DNA from: Octopus vulgaris
Lineage: Eukaryota
Length of the DNA stretch: 64,000 bases
NCBI GenBank assembly: GCA_951406725.2
Contig: OX597823.1
Coordinates: 108,066,001 to 108,130,000 of the forward strand
Direction of reading: 5' to 3'
Shown here: piece after piece, positions 14,130-25,399 of the stretch
How the letters are laid out: every line of letters begins with the position of its first letter
How positions within the stretch are numbered: position 1 is the stretch's first letter
The notes under the pieces: generated by a model
The model's input: only the letters and a program-made list of their open reading frames with translations
Database searches by the model: none
What the model was told of the DNA's origin: nothing
Made by a program: the position numbers and the translations under genes

Positions 14130-15376
14130 TTAGGTTGTTTCACATGAAATGTCGTATTTGAAAGGTAACGATAAAATGTTTCAGAAGTGTTAGAGAACTG
14201 ATTTATTTAATCAAAGTATGATCCATGTTCATTTATGATGTTTACCCAAAGTTTCTCTGTCATATATTTCATTTTTTAAAACAAATTCGTCTTTTGCTGT
14301 GATAAACTGTCTGAATGCTTCAATTACCTCTCCCCTTTTTAAGAATGTTTTATTGCTTATGAAAAGCTCAAAATGCTTAAATAAATGATGATCAGTAGGA
14401 GAGATATCTGGAGAATAGGGAGGGTGTTTCTAAATCTCATAATTCAGGCTTTGCAACTTTTGGACCGTAACTTGAGGAGTGTGAGGCTGTGCATCATTGT
14501 GGAGCAAAATTGGGCCACCTCTATTCACTAGTCTGGGCTGCTTCTTTTTCAAATTCTCATGCATACAGTCAATTTCCAGGCAATACGATGTTGTTGTTAC
14601 CATTTTCTTGTTGCAAAAATAAATAATGAATAACTCACCTCGCAGACCACCATACAGTGACCCCCTAACTTTTTATGGTGCAATGGAGGGTTTGGGTAGT
14701 GTTTAGGTGACTCTCCTGCATCTAATCACTGTCCTGTTCTCCTGTTGTCAAAGAGTATCCATTTTTCATCATAAGTAATGATTTGATGCATAAAATGGTC
14801 TTTTTCCAGTTGAGAAAGCAATAAGGAGCACACTACGGGGCGTCTGTTTTTTTTAATCTCGCTCGGTTGGTGTGGAACAAACCTATCCGTTTCCTTGACT
14901 TTTCCATTTTTTTACAGGTGTCCAAAACAGTTGTGCGAGATGTTTGGAGTTCTGATGACAGTTTTCAAACCTTTGTTCTCGGATTTTGTTCAACCAAAGC
15001 TTTTAATCCATCGTGCCGAATAACTGATTTTGGCTTACTCATTGGTTTATTTTCAAGGCTATCATCTCCTGAACGAGAGCTTTGGAACCATCTCTGAACA
15101 GTTCTGATGTCAACAAAACCATTACCAAAGGCCCGCTTGATATTCCTTAGAGCTTCTGCGGCAGAGTGACCCAGTTTGTACTCATACATGAAAATCACTC
15201 AACATAGTTTGGTTGTTATCATTTTCATAAGGCCTGTGGGTACGAAATTTATATACTACAATTGTAGGGAAAGGAAAAGAGTCAAGATTAAATGCAAGGT
15301 ATACATAATTGAGTTTTTTAAATGACTGAAATAATAAGTAATTAAAAATTGTGACATTTCATGTGAAACAACCAAT
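14130..15376 (-). mobile_element. Full-length but defective mariner transposon (~1.25 kb) with both TIRs
   Basis: TIR ggttgtttcacatgaaatgtc (14133-14153) is inverted at 15353-15373. The minus strand carries IFMYEYKLGHSAAEA...RTVQRWF (HTH), LLHNDAQPHT (LLHDNARPH-like) and HPPYSPDISPTDHHLF (YSPDL motif), with stops and frameshifts. Confidence 0.92.
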
Positions 15377-15417
<41 letters not shown>

Positions 15418-15451
15418 TGTTGTTGTTGTTGTTGTTATTAGCAGTAGTAGT

Positions 15452-15626
15452 ATGCTTAGCAGCATTTCGTACTGAGTTCAAATTCCACTGAGGTCAACTT
15501 TGTCTTTCATCCTTTCGGGGTCAATAAAATAAGAGCCAGTTGAACACTGGGGGTCGCTGTAATCGACAGACAGTCCCCTTCCGCTCAATTGCAGGCCTTG
15601 TGCCTTTAGTAGAGAGAAGGATTATT
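15452..15626 (+). mobile_element. SINE A, truncated older copy with alternative tail
   Basis: Core tttcatcctttcggggtcaataaaataag and tail caggccttgtgcctttagtagag. Confidence 0.8.
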
Positions 15627-15911
15627 AGTGTGGTGGTGGTGATCTGGCAGAACATTTTGCCCGCATTTTGCTTCGAAGCATCACTTCCGACTTTCGTAAG
15701 CACCAGCCGTGAACTGCGGTCAACAGAATCGACTATCACCCCTCCATCACACTTCATCTCTTGTCTCTATTCTGTATGCATACATGTGCATGTGTTGTGT
15801 GTGTAACTGTGCAAAATGTATTTGATGGTCTTGTATACATACATACATACATGCATACATACATACATACATACATACATACTCACGCACACATATACAC
15901 ACATGCACATA

Positions 15912-15985
15912 CGAGGGCCGGCTGAAAAAATCATACGCTGACCAAGATACTCTCATGTAATGTTACTAAATGAGGTTTATTTTTT
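15912..15985 (+). mobile_element. Mariner-type terminal fragment
   Basis: TA followed by cgagggccggctgaaaaaatc, which resembles CGAGGG-type mariner TIR starts. No partner end was found. Confidence 0.45.
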
Positions 15986-15989
15986 GCCC

Positions 15990-17720
15990 TGTTTTTACAG
16001 GGAATTCATGGCTCAAATTGGTAACTGTTTAGTTGTATTTGATTTCTTTTGTAGAGTTCAATATCCATAATAACTATTGCACTTCCCTTCTCTGCTTCCT
16101 TAATTATAATCTCGTTATTGTTTTTCAGTTATTGATTTTAGGGTGTGCAAGTTCTTTATATCGGAAGGTAGAAATATAATCACAAAATTTATCGAAAGAT
16201 TACCTTTCGTAGGCTTGTAATTACTTTTGTTTCTTACGATTGAATCGTCCCTGATTTCTTTATCGTACAATTCCTCTGTTAGGCGTAGTTTTCTACAAAA
16301 CTGTGAAATGTAGTTCTGTAATTTCACTGGAGTTAGCGTACTGCGGTGCTGGGGTAAATTTTAGGCCTTTTGACAAAATATTAATTTCTACTGAGAAAGT
16401 TTTTTTTCGATAGGTTGATTATTTTCGGTTTCTCATCTTCGGTTTGTACCATCTGGTGTCGAGAACTCTGTCGGTTGGATCTAAAAAATGATTTCTTAAA
16501 ACTTTTCTTTTACTAGTATTTATATATCCAAGGACATTTTCTCTGTTAACTTGCGGTATTTCGTTTCGATTTTGTACATTTGTTGTTCTGGATTGTGTTC
16601 GTTTCTTTCTGTAATTGTCTTTTAAGTTGATATTCTGTTTTTATTCGTTGTGTATGTCTTCGGTTTTGGGGAAAGTTCAGTCCAGTCGGACGGAACACTT
16701 CGACTGTTTTAGTTGGATCATTTTGTTGTCGAAGTAGTCTTGAACTGTCCTTATGGAATTGGTGACTATAATTCCCATATTTAGGTGTTTTATTCATCAC
16801 TTGTGAATGGGGTTTGTGGATTTTAACTTTCTTTAGGAACGGGTTCTTGGTAGAGTATTCGTTTTTAAAATGAGATTCATAATCGGGGAACCAAAGAGCA
16901 CTTCTCTCCCGCCGTTGAAGAGATGTTAATTCCTCGTATTTACATTTTTCTTTCCAAAGAATTGATATTGTTTTCTCGGCTTTTGAATGTTTTAAAAACT
17001 TCTGTTTGCATTTCTGCATCAATCGTCTTAAATTTTTCTTCGTAGGAATTTGCTCTTATCCGTAATAGCTGGGTTTCCATTCTGAATCTGTCGCGAACTA
17101 TCTATTCTCTAAGTTTTGTTCTTGTTCGGGTTCATTAGCGATAGGTTTTATTTGTGCTTTCTTTGTAGGGGATGATCGGTATTGAATTGAGCCATTTCTC
17201 ATATATTTCCGCTTTGCTATTATTCTAAATGAAGTTCCAAAAGGCAAATTCACGGACTGTGAACTTTTGGTTCCATATATGTTTAATAGTGTTTTCGATT
17301 GCAGAGGTTTCTCGTTGCAGTTTGAGGTTATCTTCTTGTTTATTTCTGGGATTTTGCTCCAACTTCTGGGGCATCACTGTTTCTATAGTTTTACAAAACT
17401 GGTTGAGGTTTTGGATAACTTGTTTCTTCCGTTTCATTGTCCGTTTTTTCCGTCCTTGTTTTTCTATACATTCGCTGCTTTCTTCCAAGGAATCTAATGC
17501 TCTTAGCTTAGTTTTTCCTTGGGGCTGGCCAGATTCGAGCAATCTCAAGAATAATCGGCCGAAATTGCGAGGATAATCTGGTGCTTGACTGAGGAAAGAA
17601 AACTTCGAATGACCCGTCCTTGGTTTCTTTGTATCATCTATCTGGATGTTTTGTTATCCCTTTTTGTATCACCTAGCTGTCCAGATGTTTTGCGTTCTTG
17701 TCCCATTTTGTATTTTTTTA
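15990..17720 (-). mobile_element. Penelope-like element (PLE), 5' portion, degenerate
   Basis: The minus strand reads KIINLS..VEINILSKGLKFTPAP (~16425-16350) and NEIIIKEAEKGSAIVIMD (~16118-16064), both typical PLE pre-RT motifs. Its 5' end is homologous to 42596-42840. Confidence 0.8.
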
Positions 17721-17744
17721 TACATACATACATACATACATACA

Positions 17745-17780
<36 letters not shown>

Positions 17781-17827
17781 TGTATATGAGACCAATGTAT
17801 ATGTACGCTGCTATATATATATATCTA

Positions 17828-19444
17828 AATGCTCTGGAAGAGTTCAATATCCTCCTGAACAACCTACACCCATCTCTCCAATTTACAAAGTAGATGAGTA
17901 GTACCAAATTACCATTCCTAGATATAATGGTAATTAAAAAGGACACTACCATCACCACAGATATATATACTATAAACACACAGACACACATCAATACCTG
18001 AATTTTAAGTCGTGCCATCCACCACATACAAAACGCAACATCCCACACTGCCTAGCCAGAAGAATTTGTACGATTGTAGAAGATGCAAATATCAGGAACA
18101 AACGCCTAACAGAACTAAGAGAATTTTTGCTCAAACAAAAATACCCATCTCTACTTATAGAAAATGGCATACAGCGGGCTATAAAAATACCCATACAACA
18201 ACTTAGGACAACCCAAGAAAGAGGAAAACAAGAACAAATCATACCATTAATAGTGGCACACAACCCATGTCACCAGAATATCTTCAACATTGCCAAAGCA
18301 AACCTACCAATCATTGCTCAAAGTAATGAATTAAAAGATATAATCACGGATCAAGCTATGGTTCTTAGTAAAAGACAGCCTAAAAACTTGAAAAAATTAC
18401 TAACAAATGCAAAATTTGACTTTAGCAACAAAGACCAAACATTCACTGTATCTAAATGCAATGATAGCCGAGGTGGCACATGCCAATTCATACATACCGG
18501 CCAATATATAAACACAAAAACCGGGAAAATATTCACAAACGCGAATATGAACTGCAAAAGCAGAAATTTAATTTACTGCATCAAATGCCCAAATTGTGAA
18601 GAAATATATGTAGTCAGACGGGAAATGCACTCTCAGAACGCTCACGTGTACACCGACAACAGATTAGAGACCCAGAGGTCCGTCAGATACCTTTGAGTAA
18701 CTACCTAGCAACATGTGGTCGGAAAAAATATATAATATTTCCATTCTACAAATTACACAGCCCAAGTGAAATCGAGAGGAAAATCAGAGAAAAGAATTTT
18801 ATTGATAAATTCGAACCCAAGCTAAATAAGCAATAATAATAATACTTAGAGGTACTACTTCTACTACTACGACCATGACCACTAACAACAACAACAATAC
18901 TAAAGGTGATCAAGATGAAGATAGCAGGAAAATTATCTTATTTAGGGTTAAAAATTCTATTGCCACCACCATCACCACTAGCAACAATAATTAAGAAATA
19001 TAAAAATTCCTGACAAAGGCTATTTACAACATTTCTAAAAATAGCCCAACAATTGCTGCCTCGGCCAGGGTTAAGATACGGGACTCTTGACATGTTCAAC
19101 AAAGCGTGACGCCTAAACCAACCAATCAGCTTAAGTAATTGAGTGATGCTACACACTGATTGGTCAGAATACAGTTTGCAAAACCTAGCAATCTGGAGCC
19201 TACACAGGTGTATTTAAGGCACAGATTCAATCATCTCGCTACAGTCAAAAATTGTGAAGCATGACTGTCACCACTACTACATGAACCTGAAGATTGCATA
19301 ATTTAATGCATGAAAGTACTAGTTCAATCAGAATGAACATTTAACATTCTATTATTTTATTTTATTTTATCATATTATGTTATCTTATATCATTATAAGA
19401 TTGTAAATAAAACGTGAAAATCAGACAAGGTTGGAATTCCTTTT
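17828..19444 (+). mobile_element. Penelope-like element, 3' portion (RT thumb, GIY-YIG endonuclease, pLTR)
   Basis: Translation gives LNNLHPSLQFT...LPFLDIMV...KHTDTHQYLNFKSCHPPHTKRNIP..LARRICTIV. ORF 18127-18696 contains CKSRNLIYCIKCPNCEEIYV (GIY-YIG-like with Cys motifs). Frameshifts are present. Confidence 0.92.
19282..19326 (+). ncRNA. Minimal type-I hammerhead ribozyme in the PLE pLTR
   Basis: TGAAC-CTGAAGA-tTGCAT aattta ATGCAt-GAAA-GTAC-TA-GTTCA. Stem I is TGAAC/GTTCA, the core is intact, stem II is TGCAT/ATGCA, loop III is the palindrome GTAC and the cleavage site is UA. Confidence 0.85.
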
Positions 19445-19445
19445 T

Positions 19446-19541
<96 letters not shown>

Positions 19542-19566
19542 GAATAGAATAGAATAGATAGATAGA
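19445..19566. repeat. (TA)n-(GA)n-(AATAG)n compound microsatellite
   Basis: Direct reading. Confidence 0.95.
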
Positions 19567-19614
19567 TGCATGCAGTGATGTAGGTATATATGCATATACG
19601 TGTGTAATTGAAAT

Positions 19615-19783
19615 GTTTCAAATTTGGGCAGAATAACCAGCAATTTTACCAGTGCTCAACTGATATTTTTATTCTATCGATCGCGGAAAGGATGAAAGGG
19701 AAAGCGAACCGCGATGTAATTTGAAACCTTGAACGTAAAGAGCTGGAAGAATTGCCGCTAAGCATTCTGTCCAGCTCACCGCC
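19615..19783 (-). mobile_element. SINE A, diverged copy
   Basis: Contains gaaaggatgaaaggg...atttgaa...gccgctaagcatt...cagctcaccgcc. Confidence 0.75.
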
Positions 19784-20197
19784 TTGGGTGTGTTGCGTGA
19801 CAGGTAATGCTGTTATACAGTTTAAAAAGAGGAGTAAAATTAATTGATCTACCTGAAGTAGATAGTGAAACACATATAGTGAAGGGGAAAAAGAGAGATA
19901 AAGGAAGAAAGAAAGGAGGATTCAATTTACAATTCTATTCTCTTCCCCAGGAGCGTATTTTAACAAACAAAGAGCGCATTTTAGTATCTTCCATGTTGAG
20001 TCCTTAATACTTCATGTCCCCTACATTTGCCATTGTAGATACCCGTTATTTCAGTTTCCGCTGTTCGGCCTTCCCCTACCCCTGTGCTTGCTCCACCCAT
20101 TCGTGATACCTCTCCCTCTCTCTCTCCCCCACCCTACACTGTCGACTGCGTATCTTTTGTAAATCTGAGTCATCTACCACCTTATACACACCTGCTC

Positions 20198-20217
20198 ACA
20201 CCACCACCACCACCACC

Positions 20218-20249
<32 letters not shown>

Positions 20250-20250
20250 C

Positions 20251-20282
<32 letters not shown>

Positions 20283-20310
20283 CACCACTACTACTACTAC
20301 TACTACTGTT
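20198..20310. repeat. (CCA)n/(CTA)n tract
   Basis: Direct reading. Confidence 0.95.
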
Positions 20311-20701
20311 GCCACGCCCCACCTCCACTATCACCGCTGCCACCTCCCCTACTCCACCACTACCAGCATATCATATTGCCGCCACTCTCCTCCACTCCCC
20401 TCCACTTCCATACTCCATCTGCTCCCCCTCCCCTCCCCCCTCTCTTCCAGTGTTCTTGGATGATCCCTTCTACTCACCTGTCTCGAACGTGTGTGTGTGA
20501 GAGAGAGGGAGAGAGAGAGAGAAAGAGACCATAACGTAACAGGTATCTTGTATCTCTTTCTTCCTTCCTCCAGGATGGGGAGTCTGCGAGAAGGTTGGGT
20601 GGGGGGTCGTTTCATAAACTATCCCAACTACTAACCCCTAACCACGGAGCCGAATTGCTGTTGGATGCTTGCAGGATGGCTGGGCGTGCGGTTGATGACA
20701 G

Positions 20702-21105
20702 AGTAGTAGTAGTAGTAGTAGTAGTAGCAGCAGTAGTAGTTGTAGTAATAGTTGTAGTAGTAGTAGTAGTAATAGTTGTAGTAGTATTAGTAGTAATAGT
20801 TGTCGTAGTAGTAGTATTAATAGTTGTAGTAGTAGTAGTAGTTGTAGTAATAGTTGTAGTAGTAGTGGTAATAGTTGTAGTAGTAATAGTTGTAGTAGTA
20901 GTAGTAGTAGTAATAGTTGTAGTAGTAGTAGTAGTATTAATAGTTGTAGTAGTAGTAGTTGTAGTAATAGTTGTAGTAGTAGTAGTAATAGTTGTAGTAG
21001 TAGTAGTAGTAGTAGTAGCAGCAGCAGCGGCCGTGGGTGTAGTAGTTTTAGTAGTAGTAGTAGTAGTAGCAACAGTAACAGCTACAGCAGTAGTAGTAGT
21101 AGTCG
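20702..21105. repeat. (GTA)n tract with recurring ATAGTT interruptions
   Basis: Direct reading. Confidence 0.95.
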
Positions 21106-21282
21106 TAAGTGGCATCGGTGGCGTCGGTGATGATGTCGTTGGCGGCGCCTGCGGTGGGAGGTGGTGGACGGTGATAACAATGGCCGGTAGTGGTGTTGGT
21201 GGTGGTGGACGCTGATGGTTATGATTATGTGATGGTCGTAACCTGATACTGTTGAATAATGATAGTAGTCATGGCGGGTAAC

Positions 21283-21950
21283 GGTGGTGGTGGCGGCGGT
21301 GGTGGTGGTGGTGGTGGTGGTGGTGGTGGTGGTGGTGGTGGTGGTGTCGGTGGTGGTGGTGGTGGTGTCGGTGGTGTCGGTGGTGGTGGTGGTGGTGGTG
21401 TCGGTGGTGGTGGTGGTGGTGGTGGTGGTGGTGGTGGTGGTGGTGGTGGTGTCGGTGGTGGTGGTGGTGGTGGTGGTGGTGGTACCGGTGGTGGTGACGG
21501 TGGTGGTGGTGGTGGTGGTGGTGGTGGTGTCGGTGGTGGTGGTGGTGGCGATGGTGGTGGTGGTGGTGATGTCGGTGGTGGTGGTGGTGGTGGTGGTGGT
21601 GTCGGTGGTGACGGTGATGGTGGTGTCGGTGGTGGTGGTGGTACCGGTGGTGACGGTGGTGGTGGTGGTGGTGGTGGTGTCGGTGGTGGTGTCGGTGGTA
21701 GTGGTGGTACCGGTGGTGGTGGTGGTGGTGGTGGTATCGGTGGTGGTGTCAGTGGTGGTGGTAGTACCGGTGGTGACGGTGGTGGTGGTGGTGGTGGTAT
21801 CGGTGGTGGTGTCAGTGGTGGTGGTAGTACCGGTGGTGACGGTGATGGTGGTGTCGGTGGTGGTGTCAGTGGTGGTGCTGGTGGTGGTGTCGGTGGTGGT
21901 GACGGTGGTGGTGTCGGCGGTGGTGGTGGTGTCGGTGGTGGTGGTGGTGT
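21283..21950. repeat. ~670-bp (GGT)n tract with GTC/GAC/ACC variants
   Basis: Direct reading. Confidence 0.95.
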
Positions 21951-22182
21951 CTATAAAAATCAATAACAACGCAGTAACTAACCGACCGCGACTTTTGTTT
22001 CCCCCTCACCTACCAAGCACTTCCCCAATATATTTGCCGACACCTTACCGTATACCTGTTCATCATACAATTCTTACTTATCTACCCCGTTCCCTACCCG
22101 ACAGCACTACATCTTGATGTCACCAATTGTTGGATGTAAACAGTTTACAGTAACAACAGAAGTTAGTTGCCGGGTGGAGATG

Positions 22183-22257
22183 ATGAGATGGATACTATGT
22201 TAGTATATGAGATGGATACTATGTTAGTATATGAGATGGATACTATGTTAGTATATG
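22183..22257. repeat. 24-bp perfect tandem repeat, 3 copies
   Basis: atgagatggatactatgttagtat at 22183, 22207 and 22231. Confidence 0.95.
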
Positions 22258-22499
22258 TACTAAACTACAATGTTCTGTTACAAACTACTGAATCATATAT
22301 ACGACATCGTACCTTTCCAGGCATGATCACCCCTTCGGATGCGGTACTACAAGCTCTGTTATCATACGACACCACGTTTTCCAGTATTGAAAATAAGACT
22401 AGGAGTATAGAAATACTACCTTACCCCGTTCCAAACTGCTATGCTACTACTACACTCAACAACACACCATACTATTTCTATCAACAGTGTAATACTACT

Positions 22500-22665
22500 A
22501 ATGTTCTTTCGATACACCATACTATTCCTATCAAGTCTGTAACTCTATTATTGCACTTAAGATACACCATAATATTTTAATCTTGACTACTGCACTTACG
22601 ATACACCATACTATTTCACTCTAGCATTGTTTCACTTAAGATACATCATTCTATTCCAGTCTCAA
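22500..22665. repeat. Degenerate ~40-50-bp minisatellite
   Basis: Recurring cacttaagatacaccatactatt motif, about 4 copies. Confidence 0.6.
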
Positions 22666-22705
22666 TTGTAACCGTACTATTACACCCTCACTGCTTCACA
22701 AATAC

Positions 22706-22902
22706 TATTTCTTTACTGCCCACAAGGGGCTACACACAGAGGGGACAAACAAGGACAGACAAACGGATTAAGTCGATCATATCGACTCCAGTGCATAACT
22801 GGTACTTATTTAATCGACCCCGAAAGGATGAAAGGCAAAGTTGACCTCGGCGGATTTGAACTCAGAACGTAGCGGCAGACGAAATGCCGCCAAATGCTCG
22901 CC
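22706..22902 (-). mobile_element. SINE A
   Basis: Reverse complement of the family A body and tail. Confidence 0.9.
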
Positions 22903-22907
22903 AAATA

Positions 22908-24041
22908 CCGTATTTACTCGAATAATAGTCGATCTCAAGTAAAAGTCGACCCCCTATTTTGGGCCAAAATCTGGGAATTTTCCATAGACCCTGTATAAAA
23001 GACGACCCTAGTATTTCACGAACAACAGGACAACACTTGTGGACCAAGGTACCGTATTCTCCTGTACGTAGAAATAACACTGTTACAAGATTCTGTGGCT
23101 ACCTTACTGTAGCCAGCTCTATAGGTGGAATGCTTGGCGCGTATAATGGAATGCTCAATACATTTAGTAAAACCCTATTTAATAGCAAGTGCTACACATC
23201 CGTTGATGGGTGCTACATCACCATTGCTAAAATCTATGCACAGGTATGCTGTAAGCCTGCATATATCTTCAAGCACTATAAACACATGCGTCATACACTC
23301 GTTGTTTACATGGTGAGTGGGGAAACGTGTTTCACAGATAGCACCAATGACAAACACTGGCAAACGCCACAGTCTGAATTCATACAAAGACATGACTTTG
23401 ATAAACCTAAAAATATTCAATTAATCGCTAGATCATTGGTTCCCTTGCGACCTTTATATTTTCCTCATCTCCAAATACAATAACCACATGCGTCATACTC
23501 TTGTCTGTGTCACAGTCAGCCTATCGGCGAACACAGCAAACAGCACTGTATGAATTCGTACAGAAGCATGATTTCGGTAATAAAAACATTTAGTTAATCG
23601 CTAGATCAGTGGTTCCCAAACGTTTTTTGCCGCGGAATCCTTCGACATTATTTTCAAAATCGTGGAACCCCTGATAACTTTCAAGGAACCCTGGTGTTTG
23701 GCAGAACACACTTTGGGAATCCCTGCTCCAGATTAACAACTCTACACCACATTTTAGACATTTACTGGTAACTGCACATGAGAGCGACTCGGTCTTGTTT
23801 ACAGGTTTTGTTATTTACCAGGACGCGTGTTCTGATGCAGAGAATTGGTAATATTACTGTAATTCATTGTGTTTTTGTTTTTATTCGCTTTGAGATCAGT
23901 TTGGGCCTCTGCTGCTGAGACGGCGCTTCGGATTCTAGCTTGAATTTCAACCTCTCAAAACTAATATCCATGTAATCGGCCCCATAAATTAGACCTCATA
24001 AAAAGGTCCAAAAAATTCGACTTTTACACGAGTATATACGG
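22908..24041. mobile_element. Tc2/pogo-like non-autonomous DNA transposon (~1.13 kb)
   Basis: TA|ccgtatttactcgaataatagtcga ... tcgacttttacacgagtatatacgg|TA: imperfect CCGTA-type TIRs with a TA TSD. Confidence 0.8.
23607..23725. mobile_element. hAT-like MITE (~120 bp) nested in the Tc2-like element
   Basis: TIR cagtggttcccaaa / tttgggaatccctg. The 8-bp flanks cgctagat / ctccagat look like a decayed TSD. Confidence 0.75.
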
Positions 24042-24670
24042 TAATTAAATCCTATAACAGCACTACAGCTGCGCTCATACTGCACTGCATCGTACCAAAC
24101 CGTACTACAACGCTACAATTACCCTGACCCAGCAATGCTCCTGTCGACCTAACTCCACTTCTGGAACAGAATATCTGAGGTTCGTGACTTGTTTGACTGA
24201 CGAACCACATAGAGCTGATATGCGATCAAATCTATTTCCTCGGCCGATCAAAGTCTTGTGAGTGGATTTGGTAGACGGAAACTGAAAGAAGCCCGTCGTT
24301 AAGGCTTAGCAGCCCTTTCTGTTTATTTTCGCTGTCCTGTTGTGTTAACAATTTTGACCCTCCGCAAAATCCAAAAGTTTATTTAATTTGCTTTGCGGGA
24401 GCAACTATTTTATCGAAAGTGAATATTGTTGTCAAAAGCTCGAAATACGAGAGTAGAAAAACAGCCAACAACTGATGAAGGGTCGTTCTTTATATTGCTT
24501 GCTTTGTTTTCCATTTGTGTCTTTCGTTGTTCGAAAAAATAGTCCATAATCCATGTACTCGTACATCATATTTTTTTGTTGTACACGTTTCGTGACGTCA
24601 TGTTCCCACATATACATAAATATATACGTATAGATGTAAGTATGTACATACACATATGTATATATGCATA

Positions 24671-24703
<33 letters not shown>

Positions 24704-24708
<5 letters not shown>

Positions 24709-24783
24709 ATCCAAACAAGAAAACACAGAAAAAAACACAGCAACGCGAGGACGTGGAACAATTAAAGTATTATTTGACGCTCA
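24704..24783 (-). mobile_element. Terminal fragment related to the 63.1/63.7-kb modules
   Basis: Reverse complement gagcgtcaaataatac resembles aagcgtcaaactaatac (minus strand near 63165). It abuts (TA)n. Confidence 0.45.
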
Positions 24784-24784
24784 T

Positions 24785-25030
24785 ATATATATAAGAATTT
24801 TTTGCTTAATGAGATAAAAAAAAAACCAAAGCTGTGTTGATATTAGAGCATTTATAGATAGAACGTCTTACAGCTGATTACAGGATATTTATTAATTATA
24901 TCCCTTTATCGGAGCCGGTGTGAGAGGATGGTTAAGTAATAGTTAATTTAGATGTGATACAAAATAAAGAGTGAGGTGGAGGAAAGAAAATAGATGCAAG
25001 ATATGTAGGAATATTGAATTTGTAGATTTA
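24785..25030 (-). mobile_element. PLE-type terminal module with decayed hammerhead (copy 1)
   Basis: Homologous to 43390-43512. The minus strand reads ct-ccgataa-agggatat..atatcct-gtaat-cagctg-ta-agac. Confidence 0.55.
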
Positions 25031-25368
25031 ATTTTTAAGGCAGAATGGTATATATGTAAGATTCCAATACCTTATGATTAAAATCCAACTTCATAATACA
25101 TATATGCATGCATACATACATACATACATACATACATACATACATACATACATACACGCACACATACATACATACATACATACATACATACATACATACA
25201 TACATACATACATACATTCAGAACTACCTAGTCGATGCTGCTTTATATCCAATAGAAAGAGTCTTGTTTTGCAGGAAACCAGTTTTTTGTCAGTTGGAGA
25301 GAAATTTGAAAAAATAAAACTAGAACATCCATCCATCAATCCATCCATCAATCCATCCATCATTTATC

Positions 25369-25399
<31 letters not shown>

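Noticed and set aside
21082-22117. Long Thr-rich (295 aa), Gly-rich (235 aa) and Val-rich (277 aa) ORFs resembling mucin or glycine-rich proteins
   Set aside because: They are simply reading frames of a (GGT)n tract. Several frames are open at once, there is no third-position degeneracy and no domain.
22183-22257. Short direct repeats as a possible CRISPR array (also 45790-45930 and 50219-50350)
   Set aside because: There are no unique spacers and no cas genes, and the context is eukaryotic. These are plain tandem repeats.
22959-23483. 174-aa ORF inside the Tc2-like element
   Set aside because: It has no HTH or DDE motifs and overlaps an internal duplication, so it is likely a chance ORF.
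24435-24495. gaaatacgagagta...ctgatgaaggg as a permuted hammerhead
   Set aside because: The A-U pair and UH cleavage site cannot be formed, and there is no convincing stem I.
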